Translations under genes and position numbers: made by a program | Notes under the pieces: model-generated | The model's database searches: none | Seen by the model: the letters and a program-made list of their open reading frames with translations, nothing else | Told to the model about the DNA's origin: nothing | Part shown: positions 31,900-50,142 of the stretch, one piece after another | Layout: each line of letters opens with the position of its first letter | Numbering within the stretch: the stretch's first letter is position 1 | Assembly (NCBI RefSeq): GCF_009914755.1 | Contig: NC_060928.1 | Strand: one strand, 5' to 3' | Origin: the human T2T-CHM13v2.0 reference genome, Homo sapiens | DNA: 64,000 nt

Positions 31900-34790
31900 G
31901 TAATTGACTGAGACCAAATAAGTGGTCCCAGGAAATGCCCTTAAAATAGGTGTCTGGGGTTGGGTAGCTACCATATTTGAGGTGCTCACGGATAGCTTTT
32001 TTACTTTAAGAAAGGGATACTGATAATCTCTGGCATGCTGTGACATCATGATTAGTCAAATAATCACTGGCGGTGGCATAAGATGAAGTGCAGATGCAAT
32101 GAAGGCCTTGGGAGACCAAGTGGTTGTGGCACTTAGTTACTATGGCAACAGTGGTTTTACAAAGACTGTAGCAAGAGAGAAGAGAAAAATTGAAAGTCAG
32201 AGCATGAATGAAAAAATCAGAAAGCTTCTATGAAATCTTTAAAGGAGTCCCTTATCTCCAGTAGCCACAGGGCAGATATGAATGAGAAAAGTCAAGTCCA
32301 AGGACTAAATGTGATGGCACAGCTGTTAAGGCCAACTAAATAAAAAACCCAGCCAGGTATCTCATACTAAGTAAGGTAAAGGCACTCACGGGAAAAGAAT
32401 AGGGCCCTAAAATGTTTGAGCATATGGAAGAAAGGATAAGAATTTTAAATCTCCAAATTTTAGGTATACTCAACTCAGGTTTGAAATGTAGTAAATGAAC
32501 TTAAGTACCTGTGGAGTGGTGTTCACATCCAAAAGGCTGTTTAATTAAAGTCTGGACTAAACAATGGCTATAATTAATGTGACATAGTGCAGTGGCTCTG
32601 AATCTTAATTGTACATTGGAATCACCAAGGAGGCTTTAAAATGCATGTATGTCTAGTTCTCACTCACATACACTGTGCAACCTGCTCAGCTACCTGCTAC
32701 CAGTCACTCTGAGAGGACCTAGAGGACACCCCCTTACCAAGGCATCACTGAAAGTCTTCATGGTAAACATTTTCTATAAGCCATAGATAACTAATGGTGG
32801 GAGATGCTGCACTAGAAATCCACTCCATATTTCAATGGGAATAATGACATGCCAGTGTAGTAGAAGCCAGGTCAAAGGGCTTAACCATCAGAAGTGAGGA
32901 GCTTAAAATCACATTAATAAGGCAAGTGTTGAATTGGTAGTCAGTGCTCTGACCTGCATTAACCATGTCAGTAGCTTACTGATCCCTAGGTCCTCAGAAT
33001 GAAATAGATGAGCAGCCTACTGAGGTGTGACTTAATATATACAAGCAAAAATGTCTAGGTCTAGTGCTAAAAATATAATTCAAGTCATCATAATGGGAAT
33101 CCATAGCCTCTTATCCAGTTGCAAGACCTAAGCCAATACACCAGCCTGGAGTCCCTCCTTTGAAGGGGAGGCTGGTTCCTTTTGAGAAAGGATCTACAAT
33201 GTAGCCATTAATAAGTACTATGTGTGTTCCCCAAACCTTCTGTATGTGACCTACAGCCAATTACCAGGAAGGCTGTGTACTGGTGAAAGAGAAATAACCC
33301 AGAACTTCTGAGGGTTTATTAGTTACAGAATCTGAACTGCTGCTAATCACTAGAGATGCTAAATGCCAGCCTGGCCCACTAGTAATGGACATTTATGGAG
33401 ATCACATGATAGATGAAATCCTCACTTGAATTCACCTCCGGGTGTGTATAATGGGGCCATTGACTTATTGTATGGGCTATATATGCTTATGGTATGATGA
33501 AATAAGTGGATGCTTCTAAAACTACTCCCACCGCCAAGATATTAAGCCAAACGCAATCTTCTATCCCTGGGGGAAAGGCAGAACGGTAGCACCATCAAAC
33601 ACCAGAAAGATGTGTGGTGAGAGTTACGTGGCATTTTTAACACATGCTCAATGAACTCACATTTCTGCCTGATGGAAAGCCAAGTGAATCTTGAACAATG
33701 GCTGTAGATTATTGCAAGCAAAATTGCCTAGATCATCTACATTTTCAGATGCAGTATCTTTACTGGAGAAAATCAGTGCTACCTCTGCCACTTGACTGCA
33801 TTCTCAAAGGACCAGCAGCATCAGCATCACTCCAAAATTCACTAGAAATGCAAATTCTTGGGTCCTACTCCAAATAGACAAAAATCAGAAACTTCAGAGG
33901 TGGCGCCCAGAAATTGTATTTTAACAAGCCCTCAACGTGAATAGTTTGCACTTCTCTATTAAAGAAACACTTAGGTAATGCTTTATTTTCCTACTTCAAA
34001 TCAGGAAAAACACTGGCAAGGCGAGGGTAGAAGCTCATCTGCACTGTCTAGTCAACTCGTATGCTCTCTTTTATAATATAAACTGTAAAGAACTTAATCA
34101 TCTTTGTGTCCCATAAAACATCACATTGATCTTGACATTGATGACCTTACATTAATTGAGTCTATAAGTAGGAGGTAGCAAGCACTAGATGCCTTATTAA
34201 GACATAACAGTGTCAAGGGTTGAGAGATAAATCCTTTGAAAGTTCAAGATCCTGAGCCTGCCAGACTGATAGGTTTATGAAGTGTTAGTGGTCTGGAATA
34301 GGACAGAATATTTTATCTAAAGGGAGAGATAAATGACTGAAACTTGCACTCCTAATTTCAAGAGGCAAAAAACTTGTTGGGCCTTTTTAAATTATGGAAG
34401 CAAAATATTCTACATTTAGACATGATGATATAACTCATTAACTGATTAATTCATGGCATCCAGTTTAGATTTGGCCTGAATTAAAACAGGCTCTGCAGTA
34501 GGTCTATACTGCAGTGAAAAATGTGCTACCACTTGGGTCTTATGACCCATCAGAAGAAGTTGTTTGAGAAGACAAAGAAGACATATGGAGCTTCTGAAAT
34601 TTTCCAAAAAGAAGCATAACTGTGCAGAATTTTATAGTTTTCATGTAAGACCAGTTTGTACTTTTCTACCAACAATGTCTCTTTATTTGAAAATCAGCTT
34701 CACACTTGCAATTAAGCCGTTTTAATATTGAGTATCTGGAAACAGGTCTGTGAGAAATGAACTCATCATGAACTGATCATTTTATTATTC
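31900..34790 (+). mobile_element. ERVL (ERVL-E-like) internal region, gag-pro-RT, dead
   Basis: Degenerate PBS-like region at ~31905-31925; gag motif aaggagtcccttatctcc..agccacagggc; RT catalytic remnant gacattgatgac (DIDD for YIDD) at 34134-34145; connection motif ccacttgggtcttatgaccca. Confidence 0.75.
33797..33971. mobile_element. MER5A-like hAT-Charlie fragment inside the ERVL (a second fragment lies at ~32586-32675)
   Basis: ggaccagcagcatcagcatcac...agaaatgcaaattcttggg...tattttaacaagccctc. Confidence 0.8.
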
Positions 34791-36670
34791 AATTAAAATT
34801 AAATGTTAGAGATTAACAAGGACTAGATTCATTCTCACATCTGAAACATCTAAGATACTGGAGAAAACATATGAAACAACAGTTTTCAAAATATCAGAAT
34901 GAAAGGTAGTCATCCCTGAAAGAAGAGATGCAAACAAAGCAAGTCCAGTGATTGTTCCAGCTTACTGGTGGGAAGGAGTTTTGAGGCTGTGGCTAAGGAA
35001 AAGGAAAGCAATACAGAGCTTATTGCTCTCTGAGTTGAAAAGACAGTGTTAGGTGTTTTGAGAAATAAAAGTATCTGGAGCTTACAAGGCAGAGTACCAG
35101 AAAGGCGAGATGTAAAAGAGGATCTAAAGATCTACAGAGGGTCCCCTGGAGACTTCAGCTGAGTACTGACTGGTAGATATATAAAGCTCAAGAAGGAATC
35201 ACTTGAAAGAATTACATAGAATAATCATCAGGGTTTGGAATATTTCCTGTTGACACTAGCTGGAGTAGAAGACCTCATGATTCAAGGTGCGTCTGGTAGA
35301 ATCCCCAAAATGGTTAAATCTTGGTAATTGGCCAACACTTGTGCTAGACTAAATGCTGCTCTAGTAGCTTAAAAACAAAATCAAACGGAGTCATACTGTT
35401 ATAAATAACCTTACTGAATACCACAACAAGCTTAATTGTTACAGAAGTAAAACTTATGGAACAATAAAAAAATCTCACTCAACAATATAAAATTCAAAAT
35501 GTCTGCCATCAGATAAAAAATTACTAGACATTTAAAGAAGCAGGAAAATATGGCCTATAATGAGGGTAAGCATACTCAGTTAAAACCACTGAGAAAATGA
35601 TACAGACTGTAGAAATAGCAGTTACTTTAAAACTATTATTCCACTATATTCCATATATTCAAGAAGCTAAAGAAATTAGTCAGGAGTTTAAGTAGAGACA
35701 TGGACCGTATAAAAAGGGATGATATTTATGTTCTACAGGTGAAAGTTACAGTATCTGAGATGAGAATAATTAGATGAAGTCAACAGCAGATTACAAATTG
35801 CAGAAAAAAAGATTGATGAATTATAAGAGTAGTAATGAAGACTATCCATAATGAAAAAGAGAGGAAAAAAGACTTAAAAAATGAACATAACATCCTTTCC
35901 CTGTGGTACAAGTTCAATAGAGCAATATACGATTAACTGGGCTCTCTGAAGAAGAGGAAAGAAGGACAAAAAATTTGCAAAAATATTGGTTAAAATGTTT
36001 TAAATTTGAAAAAATCTATGAACCTACAATATAAGAATTTAAATAAGCCTTGAAAACAAGAAATATGAAAAAGGTAACTCATGGAATATAATAACCAATA
36101 TGAATAAGTCAATAAAAAGGGAAAAATGTTAAAGCATCCGGTAGAGTAATATACATTATGTACACAGGATTACAGATAAAGTGAATGACTCATCTGAAAT
36201 CAGAAATTCATGCTTGAAGATGGTAGAAAAATAGGCTACAGTACTGAAATAAAATAAATTACCAACCTAGAATTCTATACCCAATGAAAATATCTTTCAA
36301 AAATAAAGAGGAAATAAAGATGTTTTCAGACAGTAAACAAACAAAAAAAAAAAGGTGGGAGAATTTATAGCAACAACCTGCACTGCAAGCATAAACGATA
36401 AAAAAAAAATACCCAGTGAAAATATAAATCAACATAAAGGAAGGAAGGACACTAGACATTGTAACTATATAAGTATATACGAATTTTATTCTAATAATTT
36501 AAATAATTTAAAAGATGAGTGCAAAATAAAAAAGTAAGATATTATATGTTTGGGGATTTATAAAATAATTAAAACTAAAATGTATAGAACAATACAATGA
36601 CATGTATTGACAATAGAAGAAAGGCCAGGAGGGGATAAATGGAAAAATACAATTATATGATTCTATATTA

Positions 36671-37132
<462 letters not shown>

Positions 37133-37324
37133 TCAACTAATTCAAAGGAAGGCAGACAAAAAGGATAAATGGTACAAATAGAAATGGAAAGATGATAAAT
37201 TTAAATCAAACCATACAGGCCATTACATTAAATGTAAATGGTCTAAACATCCCAATTTTAAAAAAATAGAGATTGTCAGATTCCATAAAAAAGCAATACT
37301 GAATTACATGTTTCCTATAAGAAA

Positions 37325-41226
<3,902 letters not shown>

Positions 41227-41413
41227 AAGAAACACTTCATAAAGGAAAAAATGAAATTAAAAGTAAGATATGAGAAAATATATACTATGTTAACAATTTT
41301 TTAAAACAATACTGAACTGTATGTTTCCTATAATAAACACACTTTATAAAGGAAAAAGTGAAATTAAAAGTAAGCTATGAGAAAATATATACTATGTTAA
41401 CAATTTTTTAAAA
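41227..41413 (+). repeat. 107-bp tandem duplication (first copy interrupted by L1PA7)
   Basis: 41307-41413 is approximately 37294-37331 joined to 41238-41306. Confidence 0.9.
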
Positions 41414-43463
41414 GATAGTTTGGCTGTATTAATAGTAAACAAAGTAGATTTCAGAACAAAGAATATAGCCGTGAATAAAGAAGGTCATTTTAAATAATAA
41501 AGAGGTCAATTGTCAAGAAAGTATATATTCCTAACTATATGCCTATTGTATTCCTATTTATACATTGAATAATAACATTTTTTGAATTACATGAATCAAA
41601 AACTGGTGAAACTTTCAGGAGAAATAGACAAATTTTAGCATCTTTCTCTAGTAACATATAGAATAAATAGAAAACCAGTGAAAATATAGAAGACTGAAAA
41701 CATTACCAACCAAATTTTAAATCACGTTTATAGCTCCCTCAACCTAACAATAACAGAATACATTTGGTTTAAAGTGCACACAAAAGAAGTTTGCCTAGAT
41801 AATCCGTTTTCCAGACAATAAACAATTCTTAATAAAATTAAAAGTATTCAAATAAAACAAATTATGTTTTCTGATTCTAATGGAACTAATTTTGTAATCA
41901 ATAATACAAAGACATCTGGAAACTAAATTGAAACTAAATTTTGACATCAAATACTATACTTGTAAGTAACCCATGTATTAAAGAATAAATCAATAGAAAA
42001 TGGTTGAAAGAAATGAAAATAAAAGTTCAATATAACAAAATTTGTGGAAAATGGCCAATGTAGTACTTAAAAAGAAATTTATAACACTAAATGACTCTGT
42101 TAGAAGAGCAAAAAGGTCTTGAATTAATGATTCCATCTTTTACTTTAATAAAATAATAGAAAAATAAATTAAACCCAAGGTAAGTAATTAAAAAGAAAAA
42201 AATAAAGATTATAGTGAAAATCAATGAAAAAAATAGAAAATTATACAGAAAAAATCTATAAAGCCAAAAACTGGATCTTTAAAAAATTTATTAAAATTGA
42301 CAAACCTGTAGCCAAAGAAAAAGAAAGACCATATCGATAATGAAACAAGTGACATCAGTAAAGTTTCTACAGAAAATAAAAGAACAGCAAGAGAGCAACT
42401 ATAGATAATAAGGGAACAAGAGTAAACAACTTTTTGCCAATAAGATAAAATGGACAAATTCCCTGAAAGGTATAAACTATGAAAACAATTGGACAATTAG
42501 AAATACATAACCTGAATGGCTTTTTTAATGATATTGAATTTGTAGTTTAAAACTCCTCTTCCCTGTGCACTCTGCTGCCCCACAAAAATAAAAAAAACCT
42601 CCAAGCCCAGATGGCTTTATTGGTTAATTCCAACACGTATTTAAGGAAGAGCATATCAAGTCTATACAAACTCTTCAGTACAATTGAAGAAGAGGGAACA
42701 TATTTCATCTCATTCTATAAGATTAGTATTACTCTGGCACTAAACCCAAAAGAGAGCATTACAAGAAAAGCGAATTATAGATTAATATATTTTGTGAATA
42801 AAGATGCAAAAATTTCTTTAAACATTTTGGAAAATTGAATTCAAGTATATATAAAGAGGATAATATATAATAACCAATTAAATTTATTCCAGAAAAGTAA
42901 TGTTGTCTTAACATTCTAAAATCAATCAATACAGTTAACCATATTAATGGACTGAAAAAGAAATAACATGATCAACTCAATATAAAAAAGAAAAAGCTGG
43001 CAAACTGCAACATTTACTCCTGGTAAAAAGTACAAGAAAACTAGGAATATAAAAGATTTTCTCCAGCTGATTAAAGGCTTCTATCAAAAACTTAGAGTTT
43101 ATGTACTTAATAATGAAAGACAGTATGCTGTTGATAAATCAGTAGAACAGAATGGTACAGAAATAGAACTGTGTACAGTTGGCCATTTAATTTTTGACAA
43201 AGATGCAAAACCAAAACTATACAGAAAGCACAGTCTTTTCAATAAATGCTATTTGACCACTTTGATAGCTACAGGAAAGAAAAACCCACGAACAACTAAT
43301 TTTGACTCATACCTCACATCATACACAAAATTTAACCTAACATGTAGCATAGACCTAAATGCAAAATTTAAAATTATATTAGAAGAAATGATAGAATCTT
43401 TTCATGACCGTGGGTGAGTCATAGGTTTCTTAGATAAAATAGCCAAAGCACAATACATAAAAG

Positions 43464-44050
43464 AATACCATTTGACCCAGCCATCCCATTACTGGGTATA
43501 TACCCAAAGGATTATAAATCATGCTGCTATAAAGACACATGCACATGTATGTTTATTGCGGCACTATTCACAATAGCAAAGACTTTGGAACCAACCCAAA
43601 TGTCCAACAATGATAGACTGGATTAAGAAAATGTGGCACATATACACCATGGAATACTATGCGGCCATAAAAAATGATGAGTTCATATCCTTTGTAGGGA
43701 CATGGATGAAGCTGGAAACCATCATTCTCAGCAAACTATCGCAAGGACAAAAAAACAAACACCGTATGTTCTCACTCATAGGTGGGAATTGAACAATGAG
43801 AATGCATGGACATAGGAAGGGGAACATCACACACCTGGGACTGTTGTGGGGTGGGGGGAGGGGGAAGGGATAGCATTAGGAGATATACCTAATGCTAAAT
43901 GACGAGTTAATGGGTGCAGCACACCAACATGGCACATGTATACATACGTAACAAACCTGCACGTTGTGCACATGTACCCTAAAACTTAAAGTATAATAAT
44001 AAAAATAAAAAATTAATTAATTAAATAAATTTAAAAAATAAAAATAAATT
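43464..44050 (+). mobile_element. Short 5'-truncated L1PA4-like 3' end
   Basis: ORF2 C-terminus ...MFSLIGGN, 3'UTR, aaaacttaaagtataataat and an A-rich tail. Confidence 0.93.
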
Positions 44051-44579
44051 AATAAATTGGCTTCATTAAAATTTAAAACTTCTAAACTTCAAAAGCAACT
44101 GTTAAAAGAAGTAAAAGGCAGGCCACACTCTGGGTAAAAATACCTACAAATTATGTATCTGATAAATGATTTATATCAGAATATTTATTGTCAACAAAAA
44201 GAATAAGATGACACAACTTTTAAAAACTGGCAAAATACTTGAATATAAACATCACCAAGAAAGATATACAAATAGCAAATAAGCACTTGAATCATGCTCA
44301 ACATCAATAGTCATTAGTAAAGTGCAAATTAAAACCTCAATGAGCTACTACTCTGTGCCTATTTTAAAAAGATGGTATTTGTAAAAGACTGACCACATCA
44401 GGTTTGGCAAGGATATGGAACAACTGGAAGTCTCATTCACTGCTGGATAGTATGTAGAGTGATACAATCAATTTGGAAAATAATTTGAACATTTTTTAAA
44501 AATATATACATATGCCTACCATATGACCCTGCCATTCTACTAGATACTGATCCAAGGGATATGAAAGCATTTATCCACC

Positions 44580-45103
44580 TGCCTGAGTTGTTTATTGCTG
44601 TTGTAACAAATTACCACAATTTAGTGGCTTAAAGGAACATAGTTTTATTATCTTACAGTTTTGGAGGTCAGAAGTCCTTAATGATCTTCTGGGGCAAAAA
44701 CCAGGTTGTTCAGCAGAGGTGCATTCTTTCTAGAGGCTCTAGGGCAGAAACTGTGCCTTTTTCACGTTTTAGGGGCCACCTGCCTTCCTCCTTTTGTGTC
44801 CCCACTCAGTATTCTCAGAGCTAGTAGCATAGCTGCATAACATTTTCAAATCTCTCTTCTCTCTCTCTCTGACCTCTGCTTCCACAGTCACATTTCCTTC
44901 TCTCACTCTTACCATCAGGTTTTCCTTGTGTAACACTCTTCTGAATTATATTAGGTCCAACTGAACAATACATTACAATCTTTCCATCTCAAGATTCCTA
45001 ATCACATCTGCAAGGTCGTTTTTGCTATGTTGTAAGGTAATATATTCATAAGTCCCAGAGATTAGAATGTGGATATCTTTGGGGAGATATCCTGTCTACC
45101 ACA
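44580..45103 (-). mobile_element. MLT1C/D-like MaLR LTR
   Basis: gtaacaaattaccacaa.ttagtggcttaaa...ttggaggtcagaagtcc...tctaccaca; perfect TSD CCACC. Confidence 0.88.
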
Positions 45104-45191
45104 CCACCCAAATCTTGTACTTGATTATTAATAACATCTTTAATTGTAATGTCCCTAAACTGGGAACTCCGCAAATGTCAATCAACAAGTA

Positions 45192-45361
45192 AATAAAACC
45201 ATCAGATCTAGAGAGAACTCACTATCAGGAGAACAGCAGCATGAGGGTAACTGCCCCTATGATTAAATTACCTCCTACCAGATCCCTCCCATGACATGTG
45301 GGGATTATGGGAACTACAGTCCAAGATGAGATTTGGGTGGGGACACAGACAAACCATATCA
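45192..45361 (-). mobile_element. THE1 LTR, 5' half only
   Basis: ataaaaccatcagatct...gatgagatttgggtggggacacag.caaaccatatca. Confidence 0.88.
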
Positions 45362-45400
45362 TGTATTTTATGTGACTATACCTCAATAAAGCTGTTTTAA

Positions 45401-46830
45401 GCATTTACAATTAATGCAAGGAAACTGGAAAACAATAATTGTCACATGTCTTCTGCCTTCAGCAGGTCCAAAACACAAACAAATTAAAGGAAAAATTAGG
45501 TGGCTCAGATACCTCTGGAATCTTCTCCTAGTCCTTCTGTGCATTTCTCACAACCGCTACCAGTAGGCTCATGGGAAATTACCCACGACCAGTTAAGACA
45601 CAGAGGAAGAAAAATGTAGTTATCTTTATTGGTAGATTGGTAAAACAAACCATACCAGCTGGGAGTAAATTGTTGCTACATAATAGAGAAACTCAGGAGA
45701 AGTCTTGAAAGTTATTAATAAAGGAAATTTATAGATTCACTGCGGATCACCAATAGTGGCTAATCATAAAAAGGGAGATTAGTGAAAAAGCACGTGAGAT
45801 AAAAATACTCATGTGCCAGATACTGGTTTATTAGCAGGCATCCACTGTGAGCTCAATAATCAGGTAGATAAGATGTCTTATCTTGTATATATCATTGTGA
45901 CTCCCTTTCCAGCAATGTCAGTACTGTTCAAATGGCAAAGTGCAATATGGCAATGACAACAGTATTAGAAGGTATGTATAGGTTCCACTTGCCCAGGCTG
46001 CCTAAGGCTGAATCCCATTCTGAATTCTAATATGGTGCCATGCTCTGGGAAGGCCAGATAGCCATCATGTAGAAAAGACAGGGATTTTCCACATATAAAT
46101 TGACTCTGGTATGTGTTTATCCATCCATCCCCATAGTACTTCTGCCAGTGCCACTCCCGTGGACTTAAGTAATGCTGTAGCCATTGTCAAGCATTATACA
46201 CAAAAAATCCCAACCAGGGAAGATATTTAGCAGCAGAAGATCAGAGACATTGGACTCATTCTGATAGAATTCTCTGGTCTTAGCAAGTCACCAATCTTCC
46301 CAAAGCAGCTGGCTTAGAAGAGCTACATAAGGCTTAGTCATAAGACTAGCTAAAGAACAGAGGCCAGAATTCATGGTCCAGGACCCTAAGGATATATTTT
46401 CCTAAGTAACTTACTTAAGGAATGTTTGCTTTCCATCCTAGAATCCTGGGGCTTCGTGTATTTGTGGGCATAGTACTCAAGTAAAAAATAGCTCCATCAA
46501 GAAAACTTATAGTTTATTTGTATTGGAAGCTGAGTCTCTGTCCTCAGCACTATATACTCTTAATGCTGCTTAGGCCTCAGAACCTGCTACTGAATTACCT
46601 ATGTTTTACCTTATTTTTTTTTTATCCATAATCTCCTTCCCCCTTCATATAAGAAATACTCTTATATGAAGAGTATTTCTGGCCAACAGCTTAGATTTTG
46701 GCCAGGGACATAGCTGAATTATGATGAGCTAATGGTGATAAAGTTGCTGATGATTTTCTGTGCCCCTTATGTAGGAGGCATGCATTTAAAAAAATCTGGA
46801 CAAAGACCACAAGTGGATTTTCAAGGGATA
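45401..46830 (+). mobile_element. ERVL internal region continued (RNaseH, integrase, dUTPase remnants)
   Basis: Motifs colinear with the ERVL at 56200-57560 (cagcaggtcc, cactcccgtggactta, ccaaagcagctggctta, ttggaagctgag). Confidence 0.6.
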
Positions 46831-47050
46831 AACAGGTGAACTGTGCTGAATATGCTTCCTCTGTTCCTTCAGATCTGAGATCTACACTTCTCCTCCCTAG
46901 TCTAAATCCTAGACAGTACCAATTAACTCCCTTAGGCTCCAGCTGCTGGGATACAGTCAATGGCAGGTGCCACCTAAAGACGAGAGAACAGAAGTAGGGT
47001 ATCATTAGGACATTTATTCCTTCAGTTCCCTCTCTGTCAGGCCACGGTGG
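46831..47050 (+). mobile_element. Partial 3' LTR (LTR33-like) of the ERVL
   Basis: Follows a PPT-like caagggat..aggtgaac; contains caatggcaggtgccacc...gacatttattccttcagttccctctctg. Confidence 0.5.
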
Positions 47051-47174
47051 ACATTAGAATTGAATAAAATAAATAACACAAAATATGAAAAGCTTTCAGA
47101 AGCAGACATATAATGAAAGGGTACTTTCTTTTTTCCTCTTTATATGAGAGACATTCCTTTTTATATAAACCAAT

Positions 47175-47670
47175 TATATTATTCAGGATCCTAAGGAAAA
47201 TCAGATGGCCCACTCAAAAGGGTTTAACTATTTACAGAGATGTGACAAGAAATAAGAAAACCAGTAAAGGATAAGGAAGCATCCAAATATGGGCAACAGT
47301 GAGAAGCCCATTAGTAGCCCTAGGGCTGAAGGAGAGGACATTATACAGTCAGCACTGAGTCTGTGAGAGCCGATTCCATGGAAGAGGGAAAGCCACTAGG
47401 AGCTGTGGTGGAAGCAGGGCACAGAGGCAGATGGGGCATGGGGAGAACAGAAACTGAATATCTGATCCTCTGTCTGTCTCCCCTTTTCATTTCTTGCTGG
47501 GCCTTCCATTGGCCAGATGAAACTAGAAGCCAAAGAGCTAAGGAACCAAGTAATACCAGAATTCCAGGCCAGAGAGCATTGCAGAGACCATCAGAGAATA
47601 CAGCTCTGATAAGTGTGTGGTGAGGATGGGGACAGGGTTGGCATGAGAATGAGAGCAAACAGATAAAAAT
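47175..47670 (-). mobile_element. Old ERVL-type LTR (LTR33/LTR41 group), antisense
   Basis: caggatcc.aaggaaaatcagatggcccactcaaa is the reverse complement of an LTR33-type 3' end; also ccttccattggcc. Confidence 0.5.
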
Positions 47671-49599
47671 TGGTATAACAAGAAATTTTTTTTCAATTGA
47701 TAGGTTAATGAGCAAAATCAAAAACAAAAGACTGAATGGAAGTGCATTGAGAAAACTTGCATTTTTAAAATAATGTTTTGAGCCAAAAAAATTGTAAAAG
47801 CAAGGATAGTTTTTAAATGTTCTTGGATTCAATATACTTACAATAGTTCCAAGAAGCTGTATTGAATAGTATAGCATTGACTCTTGCTTCCTCTTGATCG
47901 TGTAGTACATGCTATCTTTTAAGGTACAGAATGATGAATACTATTACAGATTACTTTGCATCTCTGTTGTGACATCTTTGAAAAAGTTAACTACTAAAAA
48001 TAGCCCATTTCTGCTAAAAATTATCATATAAAACTTTCATGTAAGAACAACAAATCAACCAAACATCTGCCTCACCATTTTTCTTTATAACAAACTTATG
48101 ATGTAGCCAATTGGAAAAAAATGCAACTTTCCTAAAGTGCCTCTTTGAATTATTCAAAGTTTCTCTTGCAGCTAATTAATTTAGAGCATATTACGAAAAT
48201 GAAGCAATGAAAATAAACCAAATACGGAGCAAAAATAGCAGTACAGATGCTAGTAATATTCTATTTTCTTTGTTACTGTGCTTTATACATTGGCCCCAAA
48301 CAAGTAGAAATTAATGAAGTAAATTGATATTATTTTAATGGGTTTATATACAGTCAAATAAATATTAGTAAAAATGATTTGATATACACTCAGTATAATA
48401 CTGTAGATGTAGAGCTATACAATTTGTTTGGAGAACAGGTATTTGTCACTAATAAAAACTGGAGTGAGGTGAATTTGTAATAAAAACTGGAGTGAAGTGA
48501 ATTTGTATTCAACACCCCATCATTTCAAATGCATCTTCTTATCATTCATCCCTTACTTGCAAGAGACAGCCTTGTTACTGTATAAGTCTATTTACATTTC
48601 TTATATCTAACATCAGATCTTCTCTTGGTAACATCATCAGAAAAGAAATTTTGAGGAATAGCAATGTCTGAACATAAGACATTTAAAAGAAGATTTTACA
48701 TTCTAAAAATCATGTCCACTAAATTACTAAATTGCCCTTCCTCAGGTTAAAGCCACATGCTCCTTCCTTGTAGTTCCCTTCTCCATTTAAAGCAACATTC
48801 AGCTCAGTCTCTGATTTAATAACAACGGAGACACCGAAAACAGAATTTTAATTCCATCTCTATCATTAATATATTACATGACCTTGGGCAATCTCCAAGC
48901 CTCATCTCCTTCATCTAAAGAAATGATATTCTCAACTCCATAGTAGCTTACTTTATAGTCTTGTTCAAAGGAATGATTAGCAATGTCTGCCAGGTATATT
49001 GAACATATTAAGTGCTAGATACATATTTAATTACAAGATGGAATCTTTATGATATTAAAGGATCTGCTGCAAAAAAAAAAGAAAGCAAAATAAATCATGC
49101 ACTGGAATGCAGGATCAGAGCAATTGGACATTTTTCTTCCTTGGTAAGAAATTTATAAGAAAAAAAGAAAACACCTTCTAATGCTACCTGTTGCAAAAAC
49201 CAACTAGGTCAGTTTTACAATAGAATTTTTTAAGACAATGAACTATGTGCCCCAATGTGGTTTATGTTGAGGCACAAATTTTGCTATTTTGTGCAGAACT
49301 GCAGAACACTTATTTGTCCTACTTTAAGTAAACCTCCTGTAGACCAAGAAACCATAGACCTGCAAAATAATCAGATGTGATATGCAGAGTTTCCCCCATA
49401 CTTTCTTGTCATCTCTTGTACTCAGAGAGTGGGCACAAGAGGTGAATGGAGAAAATAAAAATGAATTACACTCCACAAAAGATGAGGGTAACATTTCCTA
49501 AGTAAAGAAATAAAGTCACATTTCCTAAGTAAAGAACAGCATGGGAATTTCTGGATATTAGCATCGTAGCACTCAGTAGAACATTTAGGCCTCAATGCA

Positions 49600-50026
49600 T
49601 GTGGTAGACTGTCCCACTGGTGCATGAAATGGCTGCACCCCTCAGTATTAACCCTCTTGTGTTGTCAGTTCCCTCCTACATTGAATCCAAGCCAAGGAAG
49701 CATTAGCACAAGTGATACAAGCAGAGCCTTGATACACACTTGCACTTAGCACTTTTCTGCTTGGAACTCTTAGAAACCAGCCACTATGCTTAAAGGAATT
49801 GAAGCTATTCTGTAACAGAGAGGCCATAAGAAGATATCCTACAACATAGGACAACACATATGGTAGACAGCTGAGGGCCCCAGCTGAGTTCTCAGACCTG
49901 TGCCAACACCCCACAAAGCAAAGGAATCTAGCAGTTAACCCCTCAAGTTTCCAGAATTTATAAATACTTATTTTAAGCCTCCAAGATTTGGGGTAATATG
50001 CTACACAGGACTAATTAATTGAAACA
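49600..50026 (+). mobile_element. MLT1G/H-like MaLR LTR
   Basis: tgtggtagactg...ttattttaagcctccaagatttggggtaatatgctacacag...gaaaca. Confidence 0.7.
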
Positions 50027-50142
50027 CCACCTATTCACTTTCAGCTCTTTTTATGAGAAATTCATAGTTACCCCAATGCAGTGAATTCTTTTAAGTTTAT
50101 GTTGCTTTCGTATCCATTTCAAACACAAGTTTAACTTTCACA

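Noticed and set aside
47341-47910. 189-aa hydrophobic ORF
   Set aside because: It overlaps an old LTR and AT-rich DNA and has no recognisable homology.
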